Part shown: positions 14,200 to 27,169 of the stretch, piece by piece
Layout: every line of letters begins with the position of its first letter
Numbering within the stretch: position 1 is the first letter of the stretch
DNA from: Octopus vulgaris
Taxonomy: Eukaryota
Assembly (NCBI GenBank): GCA_951406725.2
Contig: OX597835.1
Location: 7,130,001 to 7,194,000 of the forward strand
Reading direction: 5' to 3'
Length of the DNA stretch: 64,000 nucleotides
Notes under the pieces: generated by a model
Seen by the model: the letters and a program-made list of their open reading frames with translations, nothing else
What the model was told of the DNA's origin: nothing
Databases searched by the model: none
Made by a program: the position numbers and the translations under genes

Positions 14200-14668
14200 A
14201 ATGCAATTAACCAACCGTCCAGAAATTTATTATTAAGACGGTTTTGGTTGCTTTTGATTAATAACAATAAAATGCTATGGTAACAGTAATAAATAAATTA
14301 GCGAGACTGTTCGTACTGCAATCCACCTGCTTTAATTCGTTCTGCAAAACGTGAGAGAATGATTCGACAGATGTCAACACACAAATGGTTCTGACAGCTT
14401 CAATCTGCGACTGTACCTCCTCGGATAAATTGCTTGATGTCATCGATATTTCTCGATTTCTTTCTATAGATAGAATTCACCGTATAGCGAAAACCATCGG
14501 GGTTAAATGTAGTGAGGTAGGGGGCCACTCAACGCTACCATGTCGTCCTAGCCATGTTCCTGGAAATGTTGCATGGAAATAATTTCTTACTTTGAGAACA
14601 AAATGTGGCGGTGCTCCACCCTGTTGAAAGTAAAGCTCAAATTCACTGAATAGTGGCTTTATTGCCAT
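14200..14668 (-). mobile_element. Tc1/mariner-superfamily transposase remnant
   Basis: FQQGGAPPHF..VRNYFHATFPGTWLGR..WPPTSLHLTPM matches the QQDGAPPH..WPPRSPDLTP motifs. Confidence 0.8.
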
Positions 14669-14669
14669 C

Positions 14670-15072
14670 CTACCCCCACCCTAGCCTAACCCACGCCCCA
14701 CCCTTGCTTTCCCCACTCTCGCCTCCCCCACCTCCCAAAACCATCACACCACACTACGCATCACTCCACCTTACACCACCATACCACACAACACATCACA
14801 TCACACCACCACGCACACACCAGCACTGACCACTTCCCAGACCCACATTTTCACACCTACACATACACACACGCACACGTCAACGTCACCAGCTCTCTTC
14901 CAGACGCACATACAAACTTTCTTACGCACGCGCACCTTCGTTTTGGGATCAGCACTACTTTATTATCTCCCCTTCTTCCTAGTACTCATGTGTGGCCCCT
15001 CTGTCTAGCATTCGCCATGATAGATCGCTAGCCACTACACATTCTTTATTTTCTCTCCTCGTTTCCTTCTGG
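14670..15072 (+). repeat. CA/C-rich interspersed repeat, possibly a PLE 3' region
   Basis: Abrupt compositional change at the point where the transposase is truncated; family assignment is tentative. Confidence 0.35.
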
Positions 15073-16299
15073 CAAAGTACAAATGCCATGTAGATGTTTT
15101 TAAAAGCCCAAAAGTCCTGAACGAAATTCAATTGCGAAATATTACAAAACAAATTGTACGCTTGGATTTAGGCTGGACTGGAGTTATGGTTAGAGTTAGG
15201 TTTTAGGGCTGGCTTAAGTTTGGGGATTAAGGTTAATTCGGCCAGTAAATGATCTGTTAATGTTATGTTAAGAAATCAGTAACATATTTTTGTGAACATG
15301 TTTCTGAATTATTTTCTGAAACAAATGAATAACAAAATCAGATTCAGCGTAAAAAACTATATCAATATAAGAAATTGGAAAATTTTGTCTTCATTTTAAA
15401 ATTTCGAAAATTCTGACTTCAATGGAGAAAACCAGTATTTTTTCTTTCTGTCTGCTAAAATAATGCAAAAGAAACGCTTGAAAAGGCATGTAAACAATTT
15501 AAAAAGGAAAATCTCGAATGAAATATTTATGCGAAATATTATTAAAGAAACAGTAATAGTTCAGTTCACGTAAACAATAAATTAATTTTTTGCAGCGAAA
15601 ATTGAAAAACGAAATTTCAGATCATAGGTACTTGTCAAAGAAAGTAGGTAAAGACAATACACGTAGTGAGTGTATTCATTTTAAGCAGACAACAGCTAAG
15701 ATTGTTACTATGGAAACCAGCGCCAATGTGTATGAGGCTTTCGATTATTTACACTACCCAAAAACTGGCAAACATGAAAAGGTATGAACATATTTATTAA
15801 CTTATAGCGAAAATGAATTTCATTTTCATAATAAACATATAAAACTACATAAGTACACCAAATTTGGAAACAATTGTAAATTTTTTGTAAATAAAAATCT
15901 GTGACAGCAACAGAAAAGATCCGGGGGAGGAATGATGGGACCAACAGGCCAACAGATAAGGTGCCTGCAGTGTTTTTTCGGCAATGCTTTCTGTCAGTTC
16001 GCCATTCATCTCAGACGCCTTCATCTTACAAATTAACAACGGCACTCAAAAGTCCTTTCCCAGTTTATAAGAAATAAAAGTAGATATGGAACGTCAGTGG
16101 CAAAGAAACTAAGTCACACAAATTCCGTTTTCTACTTGCTCCCTCAATAGAATAGTTTGTAACTTCAAGAGTAATCTGCTCTGAACAGTTTCTTCCTTCG
16201 TGTTTGAAGGACTGTTTTTAGAGTCCGAGGAATTCCCTACTTACGCTTTGCTCTCATATTAATACGTAGCCTTTACAATTTCAATATTCTGTTTTTTTA

Positions 16300-16625
16300 T
16301 CTTTTACTACTTCTTTCAGTCATATGATTGTGGCCATTCTGGAGCACCGCATTGAAGGATTTTAGTCGAACAACTCGACAACATTACGTGTTTAGTTGTA
16401 AAGTCCGGTAGTTATTCTATTATTGTCTTTTTGCTGAACTTTTAGACAGCGGGGATGTAAACAAACCAAAACCGGTTGTTAAGCCTCGCGTGGGAGAAAC
16501 ACAAAGACACGCGTACAGACAGACAGATAGATATGATGGGCTTCTTTGCAGTTTCTTTCTATCAAATCCACTAGCAAGGTGTCGCTCACTGTAACGGAAA
16601 CCGAAGCCATTTGTTTGAAATGCGA
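16300..16625 (-). mobile_element. SINE family B, diverged
   Basis: GGCCATTCTGGAGCACCGC..TTTAGTCGA..CAAATCCACT. Confidence 0.75.
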
Positions 16626-16705
16626 GCTTTTTTAACAACATAGCGTTACCTAGATTCGAAATGTCTTCAAACGCTTGATATTCAGACAGTAATGGATGGA
16701 TGGAA

Positions 16706-17086
16706 GCACTCCGTCGGTTACGACGATGAGGGTTCCGGTTGATCCGAATCAACGGAACAGCCTGTTCGTGAAATTAACGTGTAAGTGGCTGAGCACTCCA
16801 CAGACACGTGTACCCTTAACGTAGTTCTCGGGGATATTCAGCGTGACACAGAGAGTGACAAGGCCGGCCCCTTTGAAATACAGGTACAACAGAAACAGGA
16901 AGTAAGAGTGAGAGAAAGTTGTGGTGAAAGAGTACAGCAGGGATCACCACCATCCCCTGCCGGAGCCTCATGGAGCTTTAGGTGTTTTCGCTCAATAAAC
17001 ACACACAATGCCCGGTCTGGGAATCGAAGGCGCGATCCTATGACCGCGAGTCCGCTGCCCTAACCACTGGGCCATTGCGCCTCCAC
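16706..17086 (-). mobile_element. SINE family C (tRNA-derived), full length, tail type 1
   Basis: Minus-strand head TGGAGGCGCAATGGCCCAGTGGTTAGGGCAGCGGACTCGCGGTC..TTCGATTCCC; tail ..CGTAACCGACGGAGTGC. Confidence 0.92.
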
Positions 17087-17674
17087 CAGACAGTAATAGC
17101 AATTCTCTATTCACGTTCTGCTTTCACAATTAAACACTGCTGTTTCAAAATAAATGATCTTCAGAAAACATCAGATGATTCAAAAAGATCTCAACGGCAC
17201 ATTGAGGTATTAACGACGTCAACAGATCAAGGTTTGCGTGCTTCGGCAATGAACACAAAGAAAGCCAAGAATTGCAAATTTGAACACGCATCTCATCAGA
17301 TTCAAATACAATGCTTGATCAATTTGGCCACTCATTACAAAGAATTCTTTAGCAAAAAAATTCATTGGAAATAATGCATCTATTGAAGAGGGAAGAAACA
17401 AAAATCAAACCAATCAATGCATAATTTTATTATTCGAACAGTATGTTCTTATAGATTAAATATGAACGAGACATGTGACCTTACGAAAAGTAATTAAATT
17501 AAGTACATCTATAATGCACTAGAAAGAGAGAGAGAGAGGGAGACAGAGAGAGAGGGAGACAGAGAGAGAGAGAGAGAGGGAGAGAGAGAGAAGGAGAAAG
17601 TCAAAGAATGAAAGACAAGGGCAGGAAGGAGAGAGAACATGTGTTCCAGCCCAAAGTATTGCGCAATAGAATAG

Positions 17675-17705
<31 letters not shown>

Positions 17706-18064
17706 ACAAAGCATAAAGGTATATGAAGTGCAAGTTAGTGAAACAAAAACTAAATAATTAAATAAATATATATATAAAAAAAAAAGGAAAACTATAATTC
17801 CACGCCGAAAATTTAATAAAAACATATTGGTCTTTAGTAATGAATGAGTTGAAGGAATCGATTTGGGATTTCTTTTTTTTTTCTTTCTTGTTTTTCTGCT
17901 TTTTTTGTGTGTATGTGTTTTTTTTTTTTACTGTTATGTTATTAAATTAATCAGCATTTCAGATAATGAAATTATTCATTTGCAATCAGCGAATCTTTTT
18001 TCTTTCTTTCATTCACTTCTCTTACATCCCGTGAAGCTTAAGAAGATATATATATGTAAATATA

Positions 18065-18119
<55 letters not shown>

Positions 18120-18323
18120 GTATGTATATATATATATGTGTGTGTGTATACATATATATATATATATGTATGTATATAGATGTATATATACATGTATATA
18201 TAGAGATATGTATGTCTATATATATGTATATACATAGGTATATATATATATATGTATGTATATATACATAGGTATGCCTACATATATGTATGTAAATATG
18301 TGTACATACATATATATATATAT

Positions 18324-18360
<37 letters not shown>

Positions 18361-19003
18361 TCAAACTGATACACACACACACACACATGTATATGTAGGT
18401 AAGCAGGAGCATATGCGTGCGTGTGTGTGCGTGTGTGTGCGTGTGTGCGTGAATGCGTACGTGTGCATGTGTTATAAAGAAAATATAGGTAGATAAAAAA
18501 TAAGTAGATAAAACCCCAAATTAATTAAATATACATTTTTGCCCAGCAGCATTTTGTTTTTACTAAACTCTTGGAGAATATTTCAAATCAATTATAGAAA
18601 AGTACTTATATTTTGATTGTCCTACTGAGAACAGTAGCTTTTTTATAAACAACTCTCGGGACAGACTTATGTTAAGGTTGCCCTTTATGTGGCAAATTTT
18701 TCCCTTAAGACTATTAATTTCATTTGAATAGATACGTATTAAGAAATTTTAATATGGTGGTGGTGTTATCGTTGGTGTGTGGGCTATTGTGAAAGTAGTT
18801 GATACAACTTAATGTATATTCAAAGTAAATTGTATTTCTGGTTTTTAGAATGTCGAATGACCGAGGGCTCCGTCATAGAGGTTCAAATATGGCATCCAGG
18901 GAGGCACATAGGCCCTTTTCTGCCCCTTCAAAGCTATTTGTGTTTCTCTACCTCTCATGCATATATAAACACACACGCTCACATATATATGTCTGTATAT
19001 ATA

Positions 19004-19066
<63 letters not shown>

Positions 19067-19211
19067 ATATATATATGATGTCCTATGCACATATATGCAT
19101 GTATATATACATATAGATGTAGGTATGTACAGATATGTATGCATATATGCATATATATAATTATATATTATTTATATTATATATATATATATATATATAT
19201 ATGCATGTATA

Positions 19212-19273
<62 letters not shown>

Positions 19274-19516
19274 TAAGGGTAGAAATTGATATTTATCAAT
19301 TAAGACCAGTGGTCTAGCATATTAAAAAAAGAATCCGAAGATTAAAATATTTATATATATATACCAATTAAGGACTGAACACGAAAAGTGGACAGTCAAC
19401 ATGCTAGATATAGACGTCAAATCGTCATTCACCACAAAAGATTATGTTCTCAGATCAAACTCAACACAAAACCATAGCAATAAACAAGTGAAAAATATAC
19501 GAAATAAAATAATTAC

Positions 19517-19581
19517 CCATGTACTAACTTAGTTTCAGCTGTTATTTTCCGCAAGGAAAACTGCAGCCATCATCAGCATGG
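19517..19581 (-). ncRNA. Type I hammerhead ribozyme (HH1, unit 1)
   Basis: Minus: CCATG-CTGATGA-T-GGCTG..TTTTCC TTGC GGAAAA..CAGCT-GAAA-CTAAGTTAG-TA-CATGG; stems I, II and III all pair; GUA site. Confidence 0.85.
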
Positions 19582-20024
19582 TCCGTTATAAATGTAATTT
19601 GCTGGACTAGATGCAAACACGATACCGAAATATCGCGTGCATGGAGTTCAGCCTATTACATTTGAATATATCTTTCAAATGCCTTTACTTTGGCGCGTTG
19701 AAACCCGAGAAAACTAGCCTGCAGCTAATAATTAGCAGCAGTTAATTTATCGGTTAGAGAACATATTTATTTATATAAAATTAATTAAGGGTAGAAATTG
19801 ATATTTATCAATTAAGACCAGTGGTCTAGCATATTAAAAAAAGAATCCGAAGATTAAAATATTTATATATACCAATTAAGGACTGAACACGAAAAGTGGA
19901 CAGTCAACATGCTAGATATAGACGTCAAATCGTCATTCACCACAAAAGATTATGTTCTCAGATCAAACTCAACACAAAACCATAGCAATAAACAAGTGAA
20001 AAATATACGAAATAAAATAATTAC

Positions 20025-20089
20025 CCATGTACTAACTTAGTTTCAGCTGTTATTTTCCGCAAGGAAAACTGCAGCCATCATCAGCATGG
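20025..20089 (-). ncRNA. Type I hammerhead ribozyme (HH1, unit 2)
   Basis: Identical to 19517-19581, 508 bp away. Confidence 0.85.
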
Positions 20090-20318
20090 TCCGTTATAAA
20101 TGTAATTTGCTGGACTAGATGCAAACACGATACCGAAATATCGCGTGCATGGAGTTCAGCCTATTACATTTGAATATATCTTTCAAATGCCTTTACTTTG
20201 GCGCGTTGAAACCCGAGAAAACTAGCCTGCAGCTAATAATTAGCAGCAGTTAATTTATCGGTTAGAGAACATATTTATTTATATAAAATTAATTAAGGGT
20301 AGAAATTGATATTTATCA

Positions 20319-20381
20319 ATGCTGATGATGGCTGCAGTTTTCCTTGCGGAAAATAACAGCTGAAACTAAGTTAGTACATGG
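20319..20381 (+). ncRNA. Type I hammerhead ribozyme (HH1, inverted copy, stem I shortened)
   Basis: ATG-CTGATGA (20322)..GAAA-CTAAGTTAG-TA-CAT; only 3 bp of stem I remain after the inversion junction. Confidence 0.65.
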
Positions 20382-20532
20382 GTAATTATTTTATTTCGTA
20401 TATTTTTCACTTGTTTATTGCTATGGTTTTGTGTTGAGTTTGATCTGAGAACATAATCTTTTGTGGTGAATGACGATTTGACGTCTATATCTAGCATGTT
20501 GACTGTCCACTTTTCGTGTTCAGTCCTTAATT

Positions 20533-20587
<55 letters not shown>

Positions 20588-20816
20588 AGAACGTTAATAC
20601 TCATAAGAGATATTAAAGTTAGTGGCCACAAGCGAAAAACCCTATAGGCAAAATTAATAAGTATATATAAAAGAATGATATATATATAACAAGAGCGCTT
20701 TTTTTTAAAGTACCGTGTTTGCTAAAATTAGGAGTCAGAATAATTTGACTCCTAGCTTTAGCAAAGCTGGTGCATAAAATAGCATATATATATATAGGTG
20801 TGTGTGCGTGTGTTTT

Positions 20817-20876
<60 letters not shown>

Positions 20877-21069
20877 AATGTGTGTGTATTTATGTATAGA
20901 TATTTATATATATATGACCCCTTATACGCATAATCACCGAACATGGAACTTAACTATGGTCTATCCATAGCATTTATTCACTATTACCTGACACCTTTGG
21001 GTCGCAATAACACCATTACCGCTCATAAACTTTCCCTCTTTCTCTCTCTCTCTCTCTATATATATATAT

Positions 21070-21133
<64 letters not shown>

Positions 21134-21328
21134 ATATGTATATATATATTTCTATATGAAGTGATGGTTTGTTGCCAACTTAATGTGGCAGATCTAGGAA
21201 AGGGATGAATGCTACTGCTATTTAGCTCCTGGAAACACCGTTTCTATTTTGCTATTTGACTCAAGCGTTCTGTGTCCTTATGTTTTCAAACAGGGGAGAT
21301 AAGCACCTCCGCCCAGCAAAGCCAGCAA

Positions 21329-21369
21329 CCAGAGACTAGTTTCAGAGTCATTGCCTTTCATCAGTCTGA
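21329..21369 (-). ncRNA. Degenerate minimal hammerhead (HH4)
   Basis: Minus: TCAGA-CTGATGA-AAGGCAATGACTCT-GAAA-CTAG-TC-TCTGG; stems I and III good, stem II mismatched. Confidence 0.55.
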
Positions 21370-21400
21370 AATAGGTTGGCTTCCGTAGGTACCTACCTAC

Positions 21401-21482
<82 letters not shown>

Positions 21483-21523
21483 GTCTGTCTGTCTGTCTGT
21501 CTATCTGTCTCTCTGTGTATTTG

Positions 21524-21678
<155 letters not shown>

Positions 21679-22023
21679 ATACGTATATATGTGTGGATGA
21701 GTATATATTTACGTACATACGTATGAAAAAATGCCGTTTAAATAATTTTTAGTTCCCATAGGAGAGGGAATGAGAAATTGCAAATTGTGTTTCAACTGCT
21801 ATCAGCTTAGAATAAAAGTCTATCTCTAATTCACTGTTTTCAAGACATTTCATCAGTATTGTAATTCCCATTGCGCCATCCAATAGACACCACATGTGCA
21901 TAGTCACATAGATTCAATAGATACAATGATAGATGCATCTACATTTGCACACACACACACACACACAGACACAGATACAGACACACAGACACAGACACAC
22001 ACCCACACATATATACATATATA

Positions 22024-22248
22024 CAGGATGGCCCAAAAGTAGGTTTACAGTATTCAACAATCTTTTTCGCGTTCACACATAAACTGTTTAGATCTCAATT
22101 ATAAACAAAATTGAAACCATTATTCTATGCTAATTTAGTAAATTTTGTGAAACTCCCATTTCAGTTTGTACGATAGAAATTTAAATGTAATAAAATGTTT
22201 TAAAAGAATTTCAAAGTGCCTACGTAAACCTACTTTTGGGCGACTCTG
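22024..22248. mobile_element. Tc1/mariner MITE
   Basis: TA-CAGGATGGCCCAAAAGTAGGTTTAC ... GTAAACCTACTTTTGGGCGACTCTG-TA. Confidence 0.85.
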
Positions 22249-22515
22249 TATATAGTGTGTGTGTGTTTGAGGGTGTTAACGCAATATTTCCCGCCGTTCC
22301 TAATCCATCTTTACTTCTTCCATGTTTTTTATTACTCACATTCAGTTAGCCTTATTTCTTATTCGCTTTCACACTCCCCTTTAAGAAACGATTTCTTTAT
22401 CTATAAAGCTGATTATATGTAAAATCATAGTGGTCAATACTCGTAATTCTTTATTTATCATCCAATTCTGTTTAAATTTTCTTTCTTCTTTCTGTCTCTC
22501 GCTCTTACTTTTCTC

Positions 22516-22590
<75 letters not shown>

Positions 22591-22599
<9 letters not shown>

Positions 22600-22860
22600 C
22601 ACGTGACCAACCAGACCATCAGATGTTGTTTTAGCCTTCGAATGACGCCACCCCGCTGGCTAAGCGAGCAGGCCAACAGAAGAAAGAGTGGGATAAAGAG
22701 TGGTGAAAGAGTACAGCAGGGATCACCACCCCCTGCCGGAGTCTCGTGGAGCTTTTAGGTGTTTTCGCTCAATAAACACTCACAAGGCCCGGTCTGGGAA
22801 TCGAAACCGCGATCCTGCGACCGCGAGTCCGCTGCCCTAACCATTAGGCCATTGCGCCTT

Positions 22861-22863
<3 letters not shown>
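22591..22863 (-). mobile_element. SINE family C, tail type 2, ending in (TA)n
   Basis: Family C head; tail TCACGTGGTCACGTGACC..GCTAAGCGAGCAGGCCAAC shared with 58327-58598. Confidence 0.88.
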
Positions 22864-22902
<39 letters not shown>

Positions 22903-22915
22903 TATACATATACAT

Positions 22916-23115
22916 ATCTTTACTCTTTTGCTTGTTTTAGTCATTTGACTGAGGCCATGCTGGAGCACCGGCTATAGTCGAGCAAATCGACACCAGGACT
23001 TATTCTTTGTAAGCCTAGTACTTATTATATTGGTTTCTTTTGCCGAACCGCTATGTTACGGGGACCTAAACACGTCAGCATCAGCTGTCAAGCGATGATG
23101 GCGGGACAAACACAC
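22916..23115 (-). mobile_element. SINE family B 3' half
   Basis: TCTTTACTCTTTT..CATGCTGGAGCACCG..GCCGAACCGCTA. Confidence 0.85.
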
Positions 23116-23122
23116 ACACACA

Positions 23123-23168
<46 letters not shown>

Positions 23169-23216
23169 TATATATATATACATATACATATACATATATA
23201 TTCAGAGCTGTTTTAT

Positions 23217-23277
23217 GTGATCATCAACATAATCAACATCGTCATCGTCATCATCATCATCATCATCGTCGGCACCG

Positions 23278-23317
<40 letters not shown>

Positions 23318-23379
23318 TATCATCATCATCATCATCACCATCATCGTCATCATCGTCGTCGTCGTTGTCGTCGTCATCG

Positions 23380-23415
<36 letters not shown>

Positions 23416-23418
23416 AGG

Positions 23419-23455
<37 letters not shown>

Positions 23456-23469
23456 TATCATCATCATCG

Positions 23470-23511
<42 letters not shown>

Positions 23512-23541
23512 AGGTCATCATCATCATCATCATCATCAAGG

Positions 23542-23575
<34 letters not shown>

Positions 23576-23637
23576 TATCATCATCATCATCATCACCATC
23601 ATCATCGTCATCGTCGTCGTCGTTGTCGTCGTCATCG

Positions 23638-23703
<66 letters not shown>

Positions 23704-23758
23704 CCATCGTCATCGTCATCGTCGTCGTCGTTGTCGTCGTCATCGTCATCATCATCAA

Positions 23759-23802
<44 letters not shown>

Positions 23803-23847
23803 CCATCATCGTCGTCGTCGTCGTCGTCGTCGTCGTCATCGTCATCG

Positions 23848-23883
<36 letters not shown>

Positions 23884-23886
23884 AGG

Positions 23887-23917
<31 letters not shown>

Positions 23918-23930
23918 TATCATCATCATT

Positions 23931-23965
<35 letters not shown>

Positions 23966-24080
23966 TATCATCATCATCATCATCACCATCATCATCGTCG
24001 TCGTCGTCGTCGTTGTCGTCGTCATCGTCATCATCATCATCATCATCATCAAGGTCATCATCATCATCGTCATCGTCATT
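23217..24080. repeat. Compound (ATC)n/(GTC)n microsatellite with recurring interruption pattern
   Basis: Recurrent CAAGGT, TTATCA, CACCAT and CGTTGTCG interruptions. Confidence 0.95.
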
Positions 24081-25779
24081 ATTAACTGTCTTGAGCAATA
24101 TTTTGTTTCTGTATATGAACATACGGACATAAATATAAGCATACACTGATACATGTGAATTTATACATGCAACCCCCCCCCACACACACACACATACACA
24201 CACATACATATACATATATATATATATATATACACATGTATGTATATGTATATATATATATATAATATATGTATATGTATATATATGCGTATTTTATATC
24301 TGTCTACGTACACACACATTTGTGTGCGTGTATTTGTATTTGTCTGTTTCCGTGCGTATGTATCCATGTGCGTAGATATACATACATGTACACACACACA
24401 CACACACACACAAACACAGACATATAGTTAGATAGATATATAGACAACTTGATAGAGGCATAGATATATATATATATGTGTATGTATATATATATATATA
24501 TATATGCGTATACACCTATATATGAGTATATATAAACATTGAGTTGTGTATACGCACGCACACACACACACACGCGTGTTCTCACACGTAAGTACAAGTA
24601 CAGACGAAGAGTGGGGAGAGAGTGGGTGGAGTGATATTACAAAGTTTCATTTTCTGGTGAAACATTAATCTTTTATTGGCGGACTTCTCTGAGTGAACAA
24701 AGATATTGAATTACATTTTTGGAATATTCTGTTCGGATTTCCTACAAGCTTGAACAGGAATTGATTAAGAAGAAATGGATACATCGGTACATATCGTCTT
24801 GCAATTCGAAGCATAATGTAAATTCTTCGGGAAAATTTAACATACGAGGTCATGGTGCAAAAGTGTTAGAAGACATGAGTTCATCAAATGATGCGAATTT
24901 TTCCTGAGAATATTTGAAGAACTATATTGGAATAATATAACTTGGAATAATCTGTAAAACCACCTTCAAAATGCGAGGTTTTTTCTAGAAAACTCTAACG
25001 TAGCATTTAGTATTTCGTTGATCAACGGCGATGAAGCTTTTTATTCTTATCATATGAAAATTGTTAGTGTACATTTTGGTGGTAATAAAACAAATTTAGG
25101 GTGAGCGGAACAATTAAAGATTCTCAGAGAAACCCATCTCCCATTCATGCAAGTATTCCAACTCTTGATTATGTTCACTCTAAGGGGTATGGGTCATAGG
25201 GGTCACTACTGCCACATTCTGTGCTAATGTCTGCATTGCAACCCTCCTGAATGGTTCAGGTACCCCATACCCAACGTACCCTGAGTATTGTTGTCATTTC
25301 AATCGAAGGTGCCTGAAGACTGTATGGGTTTTGTTTTCGAAATTCACTTCAATTTTCCTTGTTCAGATGCAGTTGGATTTTTTCTCATCTGCTTCTTTCA
25401 TCGCCTTACGAGCACTGATTCTCTTTTACCCAGGAATTCAGATCTGTTTTATGCGATCATTGTTAGATCTGCTCTCAAACTATTTCTCATCAAACGTTAT
25501 TGCGAAGACTTTGGTTTGGATGACAGATTATTTCAGTCTGATGGCTAGACATCAGTACAAACCCTTAAAAAGGAGATAGGATACGGCGTTGGAGTGCATA
25601 AAAATAATGTTGTAGTGGAGAGAGAGAGAGTTAGCTGATATGGAATACTGGATTCCATCTGAATATTGTAAAAGAATTTAACACTCTCATGATGAATCGC
25701 GACGGGTATCAAAATACCGACAACATGAATGCTGTTCAATGCTCTGTGAACGCTATATGACGTGACTTGGACATTATGA

Positions 25780-26333
25780 AACTCAAGTCTCTCCATAATA
25801 TGATGGCTTTTGGATGTGTCTTCTGAGAGGATGACGTCATGCCACCCCATATTTTTGAATATGGCTTTCGGTTAAAGTCAAAAAGCTGCTGGAGGCTGTG
25901 GCCAATCCTCGAATGCAGGGAGTCGCTGTTGGAGAAGAATATGTGTGCCAGCAGGATTCAACGCCTTGCCATAATTCCAGAAACAGTCAGAAGTGCTTAT
26001 CGAAGAATTTCCACTTCAACAGCCCTAATGTCTGGCCTCCTAACTCCACAGTTGTAATCCCATAATTTACTATAACTGGGATACCGTTGCGAAAAATGCC
26101 AACCACTACGCTAGCTACAGCTAAGATCAAGGAAGTGTTCGAAGACATCCTAGGAATCACAAGTGCTAGGCTCCGGAACCTTCTTGAGGCCATTGTGGTA
26201 AATAAGGGTTGCTACTTTGAGTAAACTATTATTTTCCAACCATAATTTATTTGATATTTTTTGATTTCTTAAATTGTGGGATTTGTGTTTCATTATCTTA
26301 TGCAAACTGTCAAATTGTGTTCAAACACCCTGT
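25780..26333 (+). mobile_element. Decayed Tc1/mariner-superfamily transposase 3' part with right end
   Basis: MAFGCV..DVMPPHIFEYG, QQDSTPCH and WPPNS..CNP..YY motifs across frames; ends ..CAAACACCCTGT. Confidence 0.7.
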
Positions 26334-27169
26334 TCCAACTTTGTGATATTTAACTCAGTTAGAGGAATGCAGAGGGTAGAGGAATGCAGAAGATGAAAAG
26401 CAGTAACCACAGACTGTATTACAAGAAACAAAAAATGTATGACAAAGTATAACAGAGAATTAATTTGCTTTTAGACATATTGTATCCAGGTTAAGAAAGC
26501 TGAATTATACGCAAAATACATCTCAGTTACAGCCCTGTATTCCTGTAGTATACGAACTCTTAACTGTATTTAGGACAAACATCTATTAGGAGAGCAAGGA
26601 AAAGTACAATGCACCTTCCGTTGTTTCGTTAATTGAACAAACGTTCCATTGAAGGGGAATAAATCAAAGTGAATCTGTGACAGAAATCATATTGATTTAT
26701 TAGTGAAGGGGTCATAAAAGCAGGGTTCACGCTGTGACCCCTTTGTTTTTCTCAGCCAATTTTTCAACCACCAACAGCTGCATGGACAACATAATAAGTA
26801 GAAAGAGGCTGGGTTGCTTGGAAAAGTCGTTTGATGCTTCTGTTCTGGTTCGTGTGGTTTTGTCGTACATGTATACGTATGTGTGTGTATGTGTGTATGT
26901 GCGTGTGTGCGTGTGTAAGAGAAACAGATAGAGTGACAGAGGTTGATAGAGGGAGGCAGGAGGAGAAGGAGAATGAGGAAGTGATGCGGTTGGCGAAGAG
27001 AAATCGATACCAATATATCATGTTCGAAACGATAATCTCTTTCGACAGAACATTCTGATTTTACTTAAGCTCGTGGAATTGCTTCCACATAATTGCCAAG
27101 TATTAATATGGGATATATTCTGTCAATTATACGTTCACAACAACAGCGACAATAACAGCAATACGAAAA

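Larger units (their letters stand above)
19261..20540 (-). mobile_element. Tandem 508-bp hammerhead-bearing repeat (two full units, a 40-bp third unit and an inverted partial unit); PLE pLTR / retrozyme-like
   Basis: Units start at 19261, 19773 and 20281; 20319-20540 is an inverted copy of about 19865-20087; (TA)n on both sides. Confidence 0.88.

Noticed and set aside
15165-15240. Telomere-like TTAGG(G) repeats
   Set aside because: Few and degenerate; more likely internal to a repeat element
16990-17086. tRNA genes at SINE heads
   Set aside because: A/B boxes are present but continue into SINE bodies; no clean cloverleaf
23202-24215. 337-aa poly-Asp ORF
   Set aside because: (GAT)n read-through whose start lies in TA/CA repeats
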